Below, one piece after another: positions 1 through 14,464 of a DNA stretch of 64,000 nucleotides (position 1 is its first letter; every line of letters begins with the position of its first letter). This DNA comes from Dicyema japonicum (lineage: Eukaryota; Animalia; Dicyemida). The translations under genes and the position numbers were made by a program. The notes beneath the pieces were generated by a model that saw only the letters and a program-made list of their open reading frames with translations, had not been told where the DNA came from and made no database searches. Where the stretch lies: the NCBI GenBank assembly GCA_011109175.1, contig RDEW01000078.1, positions 102,974-166,973 of the forward strand, in the 5' to 3' direction.

Positions 1-1424
<1,424 letters not shown>

Positions 1425-1999
1425 ATTATTTAATTTATTTATTCAAATGTTATATTAAATATTTTAATGTTTTTTAATATATACCTTCAAATGTCCAGTT
1501 TCACAGTCTTTTTCCTTTAATGGGTTACGGCTGACTCGTCCTCACCTTTGTCGGTCTGGGATCACTTAGTTAGATGAGAACTTTTATTTCGTTCTCTTTG
1601 ACCCAGTGATCTTGTGGGTAATAATAATAATGGTTCCGGCTGGAATTATTTGGGAGAGATCTCAAATGTTTGGGGTAGAACCCGTCAAGTATCAGTAAAA
1701 TGTATAATACACCTCAGATACGAAGTAGGACGACATCGCACAGATTCCTTCCAGACAGTGTAACTACGCGGCCCTTACTAGTGCAGCCGAAAATTAAAGG
1801 CTTATTATGCCAAACTACAAAGTAATCGGTTAAAACAGAGACTTTCTAATATCAAGGAGATGAAATTTGCAAGTCATACTTAACATTTTTATGATTTATC
1901 GACATTTGTATTCGTTCGTATGTAATCGTGAATTTGTGTTCTGAACGTTTGAAGATCTTTTTTATCTTTTATGTCGAGAATGCATTCCGAGACATCCAT

Positions 2000-2880
2000 T
2001 ATCGGTGGAGGGCTATCTATCATCTCGCTTCAATTCAGCCTTCGGATTGTTTTTGTTGATATGTGGTCATCATTTTTATTTTTGATTTTCCGTGAGGAGG
2101 CTGGGGATATCCACTAAAACCCGATGCAAGGCCGTTGTAGTAGGAACGATTTTTCTGATATTTTTTGGATGAATAAAAGAGTAGCAAGGGTGGCCTGGAT
2201 CTGTGATTTCATTTAAACATTGTAGGTTCCTCATGCATAGATGGTCCTCAATTTGGGAGACGATGGATTCGCAACGGAGATGGTCAGACGGGGTGTACAT
2301 GTTGAATCCGATATTTGTTTGCGTAACTCCATTTTGAACCGAAGTTTTTGGAGGTTGCTAGATGCAATGGAGGTTATCCAGGAGGGGATTTAAGGTCAAG
2401 GTTGTCATGATCAATTATTTATGGAATTTTCCTTATCTTAGTCCAAGCTAGCTTTAGCCACTGCACGGAAAGCGTTTGATTAACTTTTTTTGCATTGCGA
2501 CCACGTGGTCCACATAGGAGGAAATGTCAGGAATTGGTCGTAAATGACCCCGAGTCACATGGGGTCTTTGTTGGGCTTTAAGACAGGATTATTATCAGTT
2601 GCTTCCAAAGTATAAGTACAAATCCCAATTGTAAGGACTCCCAGAAGATTCCCTAAGATCTATTTTCGGTCTGCGGTAATCATGCATTTGATGGAATGCT
2701 TCAATCGATCTGAAATCATTCACCTCGGAATCTTTCACGAGTGTCCAAAAGGCAGAAGGTTTGGTTTTAAAATTACGAGCAAACTCCTGGTAGACCAGAA
2801 TCTCCTCTTCAAGGGTCTTCCAAAAGACCTCGCCATTTTTAACAAGTTGTGCTGTCTGTCGGCGAGATGTTCCATCTCTT
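2000..2880 (-). mobile_element. Decayed APE-type LINE fragment (pre-RT region)
   Basis: Minus-strand remnants WKQ..PVLKPNKDP..RPI resemble the LINE copies at 22.6, 39.2 and 52.5 kb. Many stops and frameshifts. Confidence 0.45.
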
Positions 2881-3806
2881 TTGTGACATAGCTTCTTTAG
2901 AAATGAAGCGATTTCCGCTAATCACTCCAGTTGTCTCAATTACTATGGGGCGGAACGTGAACTGATCGTGCAGCACTTCATATTTTTTCTCCTTTGCTTT
3001 CATTGCTTTTTCCGGAGCATACAATTTGTCTGTTGCGCTCCCGACAATATTGGATAGGCAAAGGAGGTCGATGCATGTGGCATCCCACAATAATGGTTTC
3101 CTATTCTATTCGGCCGTTTTCCGACTTCTATGTCCAGGCAAACCGGTTCTAGCATGGAGACTCCAGGGCTCGCTTGACAATTACATTGATCGCCTTATTT
3201 TTTGGGACTCGCCCTGTCGTTCTTTGGCAAAAAAAGGCATGATGTCCATAACAGTCGACGGCACCACCTCACAGTCACTTGTATGTCTGGCAAATTTTTA
3301 GTCCAAGTCTGATGGAGATACATGTATGGATTGTAACGTCGTCAAGTTCGGCCCAGACGCTTCCGATCGAGAAAGCATTGGTCCAAGCTCCACTCCATTC
3401 GCATCTTCCAGTGACTAGACAGGTGTGTCGGTTTGGTTTGATTGGTTCAGAAGCCTCTCATATTTAGGTCTCTGCTCAAGCATCTTGGCTTTCAGTTGCT
3501 CCATATCTCTAATCTATGAAGATTCTGTTGAGAGTTGAATAATAATCTTCATCAAAAACTGACTGGAGCACAAGGAGGATGGATATACAGGGCGTACTAG
3601 ATCCGTTGGTAGGGGATTCCCGGTCTACCAAAGTAAAAGGGTAAGGTTGCTTAGTCCCACCCTTGGTCGTCAAATTTAACATTCATAAAACGTTCGATAG
3701 TGGTTCGGAAGAGGGAGTCGATCGTATTGAGTTAATGCATTTTCAGGTAATAAGGTTCCCCCAGAAAAACGTAGCTTAATTTTTGTGCTGACAAGATGTT
3801 TTTCAG
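2880..3806 (-). mobile_element. CRE-like (RLE-type) non-LTR retrotransposon, 3' part, decayed
   Basis: Minus strand: LKNILSAQKLSYVF, SGAWTNAF..LDD..IRLGLKIC, YGHHA, LWDATCID, KEKKY..FRPIVIETTG. Confidence 0.75.
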
Positions 3807-5594
3807 CAGTGCTTAGCATAGAAAATTGTACACCCCATTTTTAGACATTTCGATGGTTTTTGAAAGAAAATATCATTTTTGGAAATTAAGATGGTAATAG
3901 TTAGACATTAATTTAATTTGTAATATTTTTATACGTCGATTTATTTGAATATAATTTTTGAATCCTGTTAGAATATTCGCGTGGCGCCATGTGGTGCTGC
4001 ATGGCTATTTGATTGAAGTTTTCTGCTCTTGTCTGTTCCTCCTCTCTCTTTTTATTAGATTGGCGTCATGTGATCCACCTGTCTAGGTGACGCCCAGTGC
4101 CAGGCCGGCACGAAAAAGGATCATTTGCTCTTCCCCACTCCACTGGAGGGGTTTCCACAACTGCATGTAATGGACGTCTTACCCTTTATGTGATTCCGGA
4201 TGGACTCTGTTTCTGTAGAAGTGGAAACTGGATACACTTAATTAGTTGTTTACTTTAACTTCTTTCTCGGTGTATCCAGGGTTAATAAATTAAATCGTGA
4301 TGAATCTTGTTAATAATAATAATGAATCCTGTTGCTTATAGAAAATTGTACACCACTTAAATTTCTTAATTTACCTATAATTTTCGATAGTTTTTAGAAA
4401 AAATCACTTATCGGAAGTCTTAAAAGGTCAAATAATTGCACTGAACAACCAGAAAATGTCTCAGACAAATTTCCAGAGACTGATGTTCTTTCTTCTACTG
4501 TCGGAAGTTTCATCAGTAGATAAAAAAAGACCGGAAGGATTTCTCGTAAACCGGGTACAGGGCGTCTACCAAAGTTGAATGAATCGAAGATAAATGCAAT
4601 ATTTCCCGTGAAAATCCTTCGTTTTTGTCGCTAAAGTTATCTACGGTACTCAAGAATTCCACTGGAACACAAGTTTCCAGGCATACAGTAATCCCAACTC
4701 TAAATAAAATATTCTGTCGAAAAACAATCAAAAAACCTTGTTAGTCTAAAAAAATACTGGAAAGACGAAAATCGTTACACTTTTTTACAAGTTTATGATG
4801 ATGAATGGAAAACTTACATCTTTTCTGACGAATGTTCATTTGAACTGAGACCGACAAAAAAGAACGCAATAGTTCATAAAAATGCGAAAGACTCTTTGAA
4901 GCCGGAATTCATCAAGCAAACTCATAAGTTTGGAAAAGGTTAGCTACTGAAATTTTAATTTTAGGTTCTGGGGGTGTTTCTCATATTACGGTGTAGGCCA
5001 TTTGGTAGCCATTGAGGGTAATATGAATGCTGCAAGATACATAAGCATTCTTACAAATCATCTTCCTTCAGTCTGCTGAAAAAATGGGTCTAGGAGACTA
5101 CGTTTTTCAGCAGGATAACCCACCAAGCCACACAGCGTGGGTCGTAAAAAAGTTTTTTAATGAAAATCAAATTAAACAAATCATGTGGTCCGCTTAGTCC
5201 CGTATTTAAACCCCATCGAGAATTGTGGACTCACGTAAAACGAGAAACGTACAAAAGCAATGACGGGACCATAAATGACTTGAAGATGGAGGTTTTAAGA
5301 GTTTGGGAGGAAATTCCACGAAGTTTAACAGAGAAACTCATTATTTCAATGAAAAAACGCTTTTGGCACGTATATTCGGCACATGGTGGACACACAAATA
5401 TTGAAAATTCAAATGTACGATTTTCATTGATCAGTAAAAATAAAAAATTTCTGATTGTTCCGTAATTAGGAATTTAATGATGATAAAAAAATTTTTGAAG
5501 CTATATAAGATAAAAGTCGAATTAATAAACAAATGAAACTATTTCCTTTAAAAAATTGAGAACTTAAGTGTACAATTTTCTATGCTAAGCACTG
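3807..5594 (+). mobile_element. Tc1-like DNA transposon with IR-DR type ends, decayed DD34E transposase
   Basis: Perfect 27-bp inverted repeat CAGTGCTTAGCATAGAAAATTGTACAC (3807-3833 / 5568-5594), followed by TA at the right end only. Inner repeat copies at ~4334-4356 and ~5414-5425. Transposase motifs FSDE (4821), WGCFSY, FQQDN and NPIENLW. Confidence 0.9.
3970..4322 (+). mobile_element. Non-tRNA SINE-like element (family B), copy 1
   Basis: Flanked by 11-bp direct repeat TGAATCCTGTT (3959-3969 / 4323-4333). Near-identical to the reverse complement of 34473-34800. AT-rich (TAA)n tail. Confidence 0.85.
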
Positions 5595-5596
5595 TA

Positions 5597-7050
5597 TGTG
5601 CGTCCAGCATCTCCAGACGTGTGAATGTTGTTTTTAGTTGTTCTTTCGTTCTGAGAGTGTTGCTGATTCCAACATCTGAAGGGGATCCAAGTATCTCAAG
5701 TTGGGGTGATTTGGTTTCTGTGGCTTTCGGAATGATCTATCTTAACATCGCAAAGATCAAGTCCCATTCAAACAGCGAAAATCCAAAATTGGTAACTTAA
5801 TATTTGAGGTGTTCAGAGTTAGGCATAGGGATTCCATTTTAACTATCAGAATTTTCAAATAATCCAGCACATTCTTCGGATAACCGCCCATGGTGCAATT
5901 ATCCGAATACAACACTTTCAGATGAGTAGAACAATATCCCGTGATACGGCCAATTCCCAGACTAAATAAGTCCGGGCACAGTGGATTTTCTTGCTGGACT
6001 CCATAGGACGAGAGAATGAAGTATTGGACATGGGCATAATTGTACACTGATGGGTAGAATGTAAAATAATCTTCCAAAATTGCATCACGCCGCATCGTGT
6101 TGAAGGCGTTTTTGATATCAATTTTGACAAATACGTGAGGAATGTTCGGAAAGAATGAACTGCTGCTTCACAACCCCCAAGAGTGCCGACCCCTATTTGG
6201 GGTAGTTGTAGCTGTGTAAAACCACATGAAGAATTGCTATGCATACGAGCTTTGAGGTCAACCGACGGAAAACCAAGCCAATTGCAATAGGGTGTATTCC
6301 TTCTCCCCATTTATCGAATGCAATTAATTTTGCAGACGCCAGAGTTGCCAGTGTAGTGGTCAATGAGGTCTCTGAGGTGCCCCGGACGGAGCCCATCAAG
6401 TCTTCTATACTGCTAGGGATGAAAGAAACAAATAGATAGGTATAGTGTGAATGGAGCGAAGCAAAATAATCGTACCCAATCCTCAGAGTCGTAACATTCA
6501 ATACACTCGCATAGCCAGTCCGCGACAGATACTCGGGCAGGTTTTTGAATCCTGATCAGGAGTCTTCGTGAGTGTCAGTTTTGAAATCAATTCAAGTATT
6601 TCCTGATGATCCAGTGGCGATAGCTAAGAATCGAGGATATCGTATTCTCTGGTAGGAGGTATGACTTGCCAATCGGAAATAACAGCCAGAGCTCTTTTAG
6701 TCAATCCGACACAGGACATGTGGAAACCCCACGAACAAGCCGTGAAATGAATCATCCGTTTTCTTTTGTTTCTTATACTGCATTTTTGCAGATCTCCTCT
6801 TCCTTCGCAGTTTGATGCATCTTTCTGATTTTTTAACACCACAACAAGTCTCGTGCAATATTATAGATGCAATTAATAAAAAATTGAACGTTAATACACA
6901 AAACATAATTATACAAGAGATATCACTGTTATCAAAGACAGAATCAGGATATTGGAGAAAAGACTCGCAACTTATGAAACGAGGAAGGCATTCAGGATTC
7001 ATAATTATGCTTTTGAAGTAAATCACCTGAGATTAATCTGAACTTTGCCG
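5597..7050 (-). mobile_element. CRE-like retrotransposon RT region (5' continuation of 2880-3806)
   Basis: Minus strand: LASAKLIAFDK.GEGIHPIAIGLVFRRLTSK, QIGVGTLGGCEAAVH, NAFNTMRRDAIL, GVQQENPLCPDLF, YSDNCTMGG, LEILGSP..LDAH. Confidence 0.8.
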
Positions 7051-7299
7051 ATAAGGACCAAGGCACTGTGAGTGGATTTGGGAATAACGAATGCTTATCG
7101 GGAGACAGTATGGGAAAAGAATGAAAGCCTTTTAATTTTTAATTAAAATTTTAGGAATAAGCGTGAATTTAATATTATCGTTTTATGTACGCTCAGGAAT
7201 TTGCCCTAACGGGTAGGAGGTCATGTGTACACACGTTCTGGAATTTGCTTCCATACTCCTCGTATTCCTAAATGAAGTGTGGAAAAATAATATTTATTA

Positions 7300-7410
7300 C
7301 ATGTATTTTCTAAGCCAGTTGTCTCTGACCGGCCTGTGTGTGAGTCCCAGAAAACGATCAGGTTCCGCAATGCTGAATCACTGATGACGGCGTCTTTCTT
7401 TAACCCAATA
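7300..7410 (-). mobile_element. tRNA-SINE family A, decayed internal fragment
   Basis: Contains the family core TCACTGATGACGGCGTC shared with copies at 24.4, 27.8, 45.1, 53.3 and 57.6 kb. Confidence 0.4.
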
Positions 7411-7889
7411 TATAATAATTTACTATTACAACCACAGACACCCACTTAAGCTAGTGACAGCTTATTTAAATGAGGTAAATCAAGCTCACGCACAATTTCA
7501 GCCTTTGACCAAACACACAGGCAAAGGAAGAAAGACCGATAAGTCAAGAACATTTTCGATTTCTCGGATCAGCATGAATGTTCTATACATTTAAATAAGG
7601 TGGATACTACTTAAGCTGAGGTAATGGAAACATTACTGCGCCACGGCGGAAGGGCTATTGATATATTGCCGTCGGCTATGTTTATGTAAAGGAAGGGGAT
7701 AATAATGTGGTTTTTCAAATAGATTACACTTTTTTTATTCCTGATAGTTATTATTTATTACAATTCTATTGGGTGAGTCATTCTATTACTAATAGTACTG
7801 GGCGGAGTATTAGATTAACATATGTGCTTTATTTTATGCCACAACATGTATTACTGAATTTCAAGAAAGTTTAGTTGTTGTATGAGGTT

Positions 7890-7960
7890 TCATTATGGTT
7901 ACAGACATTGAACAAGCAATGGGAGTTACCTCTCATAATCGCGAACCTATTTCTAATTAT
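7890..7960 (-). mobile_element. 3' tip of a CRE-like element
   Basis: Minus strand IMRGNSHC; ~60-bp match to 11410-11465 and to the CRE C-terminus at 38770-38830. Confidence 0.55.
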
Positions 7961-8032
7961 AGACACAGTTTAATTTTACTATATTTTCAGAAAGTAATAT
8001 TTAATTTATTAAGGTAATTAATAAAAATTAAA

Positions 8033-9170
8033 TTAAGGCATCTGAATGGCCATGCTATTTCCCCTAACAATAGCCAACGAGATACGTTCTCGGAACCAAC
8101 CAGTCTCTCGCGGATCCTTGGTCACAGCTTGAATCATGGAGCCGATCTTACGAACCAACTCATCTGCTTGGGGGCCAAGGATTCCTGACGTTTCCACCGC
8201 GAATGGAACAAAAAGATACTCCTCCGAAATTCTCTGGTACTTCCTCCTCTTTCGTTCCTCGGCCTGCTTTGAAGCATGTCCTGGGTCTGAAGCAGAAGCA
8301 ACCAAATTAGACGGGGAATAAGTATCAACACACGTCGCGTCCCAGATCAGGTTTCGTCCGTTGGCAAATGGAAAAGTCGTCATCCCATCAGGGCGTTTCC
8401 ATCGTTTCGGGAAAGACCAGCAGGTTCTAACAGGCAATGGTGTCCAGCAGAGGCAAGGGAATTCTTTAATGTCATGTTAAGACAGGAGTGCCTGGGGAAA
8501 CGACCCGCACTCATCTTGCATGACAAGGGATGATAACCAAAAGGATCGATCCAACGTCCACAGCGGCATTTTCTTTCGCACACAATTTAAGACCAAGACG
8601 AAGCGAGGTAGCTATTCTCACAGCCTCATCATCCAACAGGTTTCCAATTTCGGCAGATGGAAAAGCGTTCATCCAGGCCCCGTCGAGTGACAACTGGCTG
8701 TTTTGAGGCAGGCAAGCCTTCTTACATCTTCCGTCTTTTCAAGGGACTCTTTCTTCTTTTCGAAGACACAAAACAAATAGGACTTTTGCTTATCACAATT
8801 GACCGGAGCATTTAGGTACAAATTCATCCATTCATACCAGGCTCCCGACGGCGTCAGCGGTACGTTTAGTCCGGAAGTATTTGTCAAATGGTCCCATCAG
8901 ACATAATCGACGCTGCCTCACACGATTGCAATGGGATCAACTGGAAGAAGCCACTGGGTATCGTGTGTTGCTGTTTTTGAGTGTATTTGACCTCTTCATT
9001 ACTTGGGAATCGATTCATATGCTGTACTCTATTTTGGTACATTTTTTTGACTTCTTTTAATTTGGAGACTAATCCATCGGATTTATGCAAAAATGATATT
9101 TTTATCTCATTTAATGAATATGATTGAAATTCTCCCCTCCTTCTACTAGAGTGGGGTCCATCAGTCATAA
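8033..9170 (-). mobile_element. CRE-like retrotransposon, 3' part with zinc knuckle and RLE endonuclease
   Basis: GAWMNAFPS..GNLLDDEAVRIATSLRLG, CRCG..GYHPLSC..GRFPRH, LEPAGLSRNDG, KRPDG, WDATCVDT, KRRKY..FVPFAVETSG, RISLAIVRGN. The segment above ~8890 is less certain. Confidence 0.85.
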
Positions 9171-9338
9171 GTGACTCCCAGTACCAGAATGCAACGAAAA
9201 AAGATCAATTACTCTCCCCCACCCTATTAGAGAAGTCCCCTCAACTAAAATGACTTTGGTGACATTGGAATTCAGTGACAGTGAGAACTTGAGAGATTCA
9301 ACAATTAACTCTTTCTCGAAGTATATGGGGGCAATAAA

Positions 9339-10791
9339 TTAAACAACATCAATAGTACAAATCATATTGTCAACAGACTCCAACTTCCACCACGAACCAA
9401 GTCTATGTTGACGTGCTACAATAACCACAACACGGTCAAAGAGAGGAGAAAAGACAATTCTGTTAATAAATCCACATCCCTACAATAAAACAACATAACA
9501 ACCACTTCAACGGCAAATAAAGGAGTAAAACATTTAATATCCTCCCCAATCTTCCAAAACCTAACAAATCCATCACTTCCCCCACTTCCAAACAAATCAC
9601 TGTTCCTAACAGCCTCCACAGAGGTAATCCACTCCCCATTGTGAGCATGGTTTAAGTAAAACACAGGTTTGGCTGATGAGGTCACCCACAACTGTAGAGA
9701 ACTCTTAGTCCCCCCAGTAATAAAGTGTTCATCATCCAACACAGCCACACAGTCAATATATTCAGAACTAAATAACACACAAGACTACGCAGAAGTAGAA
9801 AAGACAAGCTGTTTGTCATCCATAATCTTCCACATCCTAACCTGACTCTCCCCACCACCTGCAGTAATGACCTTCTCAGCACTCCCAAACACATCAATAT
9901 CAGTGATTCCCTCCAAATGGCCGTATCTACAATCACTAACACCATTACAATGTGCTAAGATAACAAAGTCCACTAATACTCCAACATTTCACAGTCTTAT
10001 CACCCGAACAGCTGTACAGACTGTCTATGTTACCAAAAGTAACCCCCTTAAATTATAAATAATCAAACCGTCACTGCATCCTTGTGTCTGTGGCGAAATT
10101 GCCCCAATGTGTTAAGTTCCAAGTCCAGCAGAGATACGTCCCGTCCCTACAACCGATTCCCACGTGTGCTCCATGAACTGTCACACACAGAACCTCACTT
10201 CTGAGGAACTGACAATTTTCGTCGTCTGAGGACTCTAATGGATGTATTCGTATCAATATTCCCTTTGATATTACAAACACCAGTACATTTAATCAGACAA
10301 CAACTCCGAGTCCCCATAACAGCAAAGTGACCACAGGGAAACAGGGAGAGGCAGTTTATTGAAAAACAAGAAGGTAGTTTGGAATGGAGTGGTTTGTTTA
10401 GTTTGAAATTGTCAGCCACAAGGCGACGGGACCGTTTTAGTTGACTCATCTAACTGTTATTAGCATGTCAAACCAACTGAGGATAAGAGTTTGTCGTTGA
10501 CCAGGTCTCGTGCGTTACTTTCGGCTGTGCATCCCCCTTCTGCTGTTAGATACTCCGAGAGTTGTTTTCTGGCCTGTATCTTTCGTTTATATTGCTCGGA
10601 TGTGTTGGACTTATCAATTTCTGGAATCTCTGAGATATCCTCATCGGAGGATTTACTATTGTGAGAGATATAACCATACATTTCCTCATTTTCAATTATC
10701 TTGGCTTTTTGAATCTTTTTTGTATAAGGCTTTTATGCGTTAGATATAAGCTTACATTTAACTTTCGTCTTTTTTTGACAAAATGAACCAT
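9339..10791 (-). CDS. RRP9: U3 snoRNP-associated WD40 protein RRP9 (U3-55K)
   Basis: Multi-exon. GHLEGITDID..VITAGG..VRMWKI..QLVF, IDCV, AHNGEWITSV, GFINRI, VARQHRLGSWW (family motif GQEHRLGRWW). Confidence 0.93.
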
Positions 10792-10889
10792 AAATACACA
10801 ACAAAACACGTTTAAATAATATTTATTTAAAATATTATTAATTTAAATATTATCATTTATAACAAATAATTATTTTACCTACCTGATCA

Positions 10890-11400
10890 AATGATTCCTT
10901 TTTGTCTTCTTCAATTCTTAATTTCTGGCTGAGGCGGGGACGTCCCTCAATTGCATATGTCTGAAACACACTTTGAAGAAATCGTACTTGTCAATAACCA
11001 AGACCTATACACAGGTTGTAAATCGACTAACTTGAATACAATTATTACAAAGACCCGATGGGGATTATTATTACGGATAAATCATGCTAACGGTATTATG
11101 GAATCATACTTTTACTCAGGGGCTTTTAGAAGTAAGTCACGAACAACTTTACCACCAATAATAAACATGGATCAAAAACATGTTAAAATGGTATTAGAAG
11201 ACGCAGATGAGACATCCTCCAAAAAATCACAATTTCGAGAAGAGCGTGAAGGACTCTAACAGACCGTATCTTCCGAGGGTTGTCACAAGCGACGAGAAGG
11301 ATATAACTTTCTTATATGCACTAACAATAATTCCTAATACATCTTATAATCCCTTGGTCTTTGGAATTATTTTAATTTATGTAATCAAGTTAGGTAGAGT
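10890..11400 (+). CDS. Possible orphan protein gene divergent from RRP9 (hydrophobic N-terminus, later hydrophobic segment)
   Basis: ATG ~100 bp from the RRP9 start across an AT-rich spacer and a 102-aa ORF at 10951-11259. No recognisable family. Confidence 0.25.
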
Positions 11401-12170
11401 TGTTATGACAGGTCTCCATTATGGCATGCAGACATTGAACACGCAATGGGAGTACCTCTCATAATTTCAAATCTTCAGCAGTGCTCAGAACTTGGGAAAA
11501 TTCATATTAAAGAAAGTGTCAGTGCATGTTGAGTCCCTTGGATAAACATTTTTTGATCCCTTCATTAAGCTTAACTTCAGGCCTTATAACATCGACTTTT
11601 ACACAAGACAATAATACTTTCAAGAGTTTTTTTGATTATAAGGATTGAAGTTCTTTCGCTAATGTGACCTTGCATACTCCCAAGAATTTGAAGTTACCAG
11701 ACCATCTCAAGTAATTACTATTGGGACAATTCAGATCATTTAACTTGTCGGAGATTCTTTGAAGATGACACATCTCTTGGCTTCATGGCATGGTCGTTAC
11801 GCCACCCAGCCTCTTGCCATCACTTCTGTCGAGACCGACGGGTTCTAAAAAGAAAATAAACGTGGCGTCTTCGATAGTTTTCATGACTGTCGAGTTTAAT
11901 ATGAGTAACGAGGGATCTGTCAGAGCTCCGTCAGATATAGTCCTTTCCTGTCAACTATCCCACCACATCGCATCGGTGTTCTAAGCAGATGGCGTCCCAT
12001 TCACAAGATCCATTTTTTACCCCAAGATCACCGGATTAGAAAAAGTTAAAAGTTAACTACTAACTAAGTGATTCCGGTTTTCCGGCTTCTGGCTCTCGTT
12101 CGGGATCCTCGAAGATCCAACAGAATTGGTAGAAACGGGGACGGTCTCATTCTCCATAGATTTCCCCCAT
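11400..12170 (-). mobile_element. CRE-like element 3' fragment, decayed
   Basis: Minus strand LEPVGLDRSDGKR..VTTMP (~11800-11870) and the IMRG C-terminal tip at ~11460. Confidence 0.6.
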
Positions 12171-12409
12171 TTTCTAGATAGTCATAGAGAGTGAAAGCGG
12201 ACAGCCGTTTTTATTGCCAATGTAGAAATGACTTCACTCTCCACCTTAGGTGTTTTAACATTCAATACGTTATCCACAGTTTTCTTATTTATTATTTTCA
12301 AGGCAGCAAGTTTCTAATTTTGAGACGACGATTCAGAAATCATCGAGCTCCAGGAGGGACATGCATATTCGATTACTGGCAGTATTTATTGTCTGTAAAT
12401 TTTCTGTAG

Positions 12410-12600
12410 TAAGAAGGTGTTGTGCCCGATTGGTGATCGGGACAAAATTTTCAATATGTTGGTCCTCCTCCTGACTTTGGTAATAACGTCATTGACATGT
12501 TCCTTGGAATTCCTAATTGACAAGGGGGACCAATTATTATCAGCAGTAATCTTCAATCAAGTAGCCACATGGCACCACGTGGCTAAATTAGTCATTAATG
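12410..12600 (-). mobile_element. SINE-B 5' fragment fused to an APE-LINE post-RT fragment
   Basis: Minus strand CCACGTGGTGCCATGTGGCTACTTGATTGAAG matches the SINE-B 5' end, followed by FKEHVNDVITKVRRRTNILKIL-like coding remnant. Confidence 0.5.
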
Positions 12601-13129
12601 TATAATAACTAGGGAAGAAATTGTCCGGACGACATATCCTTATCCCATCTAATCACTTTCATAGGTGTGTCCTCAATATATTTCGGTTATTATAATTTTA
12701 TATTACCTTATTTTGTTACAACTGATAGGATTGGAAATATAATTTTGTAATAATGATTTTTCAAAGATAAATAGGGAACCACAACCTTGTAACTGCATTT
12801 TACTGTGTAAATGGAATAAAAGTCTAAGAAGCAAAGAATATCGTCGAAATGTGAGTTAAAATTTCGTTAACAACTGGTTTCCTTAACTTTAAGCAACTGG
12901 GGGCTAATGAATAGATATAAGTTTATCAATATCAAAAACATCCCACGTGCGTAATTCTTACTGCTCATGTACAACTTGGAATAGCAATAACATCCATAAC
13001 TGAAAATGTAGTAACACCTATAATACGCTCTCTATTCGTAAAAATGACATATTCCTTTCCTTTATTTTGTATTTATATTTTTTATGCTATAATTTGTGTT
13101 GAGCAGTTTATTTTCTTAATCTAAGACCA

Positions 13130-14200
13130 ATTCTACAAAAACCCAGAACTAAGTGATTCCAACAATTATCAACAGTGTCTTTAACTTTGGACGGTGATTC
13201 TAATTTAGTATTGAGAGAACTGTATGATAGAACGGGCATCCCGAACCCTTTATCCACATTAGTTACTTCAGAAACCACTTAGTCACTTTTATACAATCCA
13301 GATTTTTTTCAGTTTTTGCAATGCTCATTTGCAACCATCTTTCTCCTCGCACTGTCTATTCGTCATAAGCCAGATGTCGTTTAGTCCTTGATTACTCTCT
13401 TTTGAAATCGGTCGCCTTCATTTTGTCCACGTTGGTAGTAAGAAACTATTCAAACAGTCTTTCTGGTATCACTTTAATTGGGTTACTTCCCTGTCTTGCG
13501 AGACAAAGTCCACAAGGTCAGCATAAGCTATGTCAGTTCTCCTTGAGGCCAAATAAATTACAAATAATATGGGAGATAGGAATTCTCCTTGTGGGGTTTC
13601 ATTGTCGTTTTGAATGGTTTTGAAAATTCTTAACTAACCGTCCAAGAACTCCGTATCTGACAGGAGAATTCTTATCAGCTTGGTAGTGGACCTGTCCAGG
13701 AAGCTTTCAATAACTTAAATAAGTTTCGGTCGACTGACAGAAGGCAGTTCAATTCCTAGGATTGTTGTCGCCTTTCAAAGTACAGTTCACTTTCACAATT
13801 TACCGCTGAGAGTGCATTGTAGAAATCATCAATTTCTACAGGATTCTTGTCAATCCACCCACTATTGGGTGCCTACACGTTTATAGCTATAACTCTTAGA
13901 CGGGAAGATCATTCATTTTGAGTCGAGAACACTAATCCTGTCGTTGATGCTCCAGTATCGAGATTTAGTGGACGCCAAATTATTCCTCATGGCAAACTCC
14001 AAGCCATAGTGCTTCACTAAGATTAGGTGGTAATCTCCACGATGCTTTTCAAATCCATTAGTCAGTTTAGTCCCCTGAAGGCATACGATATCCACTTTAT
14101 ACAACCAAGAAGCCTTTCAAATATGATTTGCCAATTCGGAATCATATTAGAATAAGTTATTTGCACTAAACATGTCTCCTGCGAAAATATTGGATCGTAG
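13130..14200 (-). mobile_element. RTE-clade LINE, decayed endonuclease region
   Basis: VDIVCLQGTK..HYGLEFAM..WSINDRISV parallels the APE of the RTE at 48954. Confidence 0.65.
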
Positions 14201-14464
14201 TGAGTTCAAAACTGTGTGGTTGATGGTAGATGGACAAAATTTGTAACTACAACTGTAGTTAAGGTGTTGAAGTCTGTCTTCCTTATTCATCTCAGTATAG
14301 GCTTTTTTCAGCGTAACCTATTATAGGTGACAACAACCATTTGTTATCAAAAACTTAAACAAATCCTTTCTTACAACTGCACACACAATAAAATCATGAC
14401 CTTTCACTGCCAACAATTAATTATTAACTACAGAAGCACCAAAATGTCAAAACAAATCATAATG

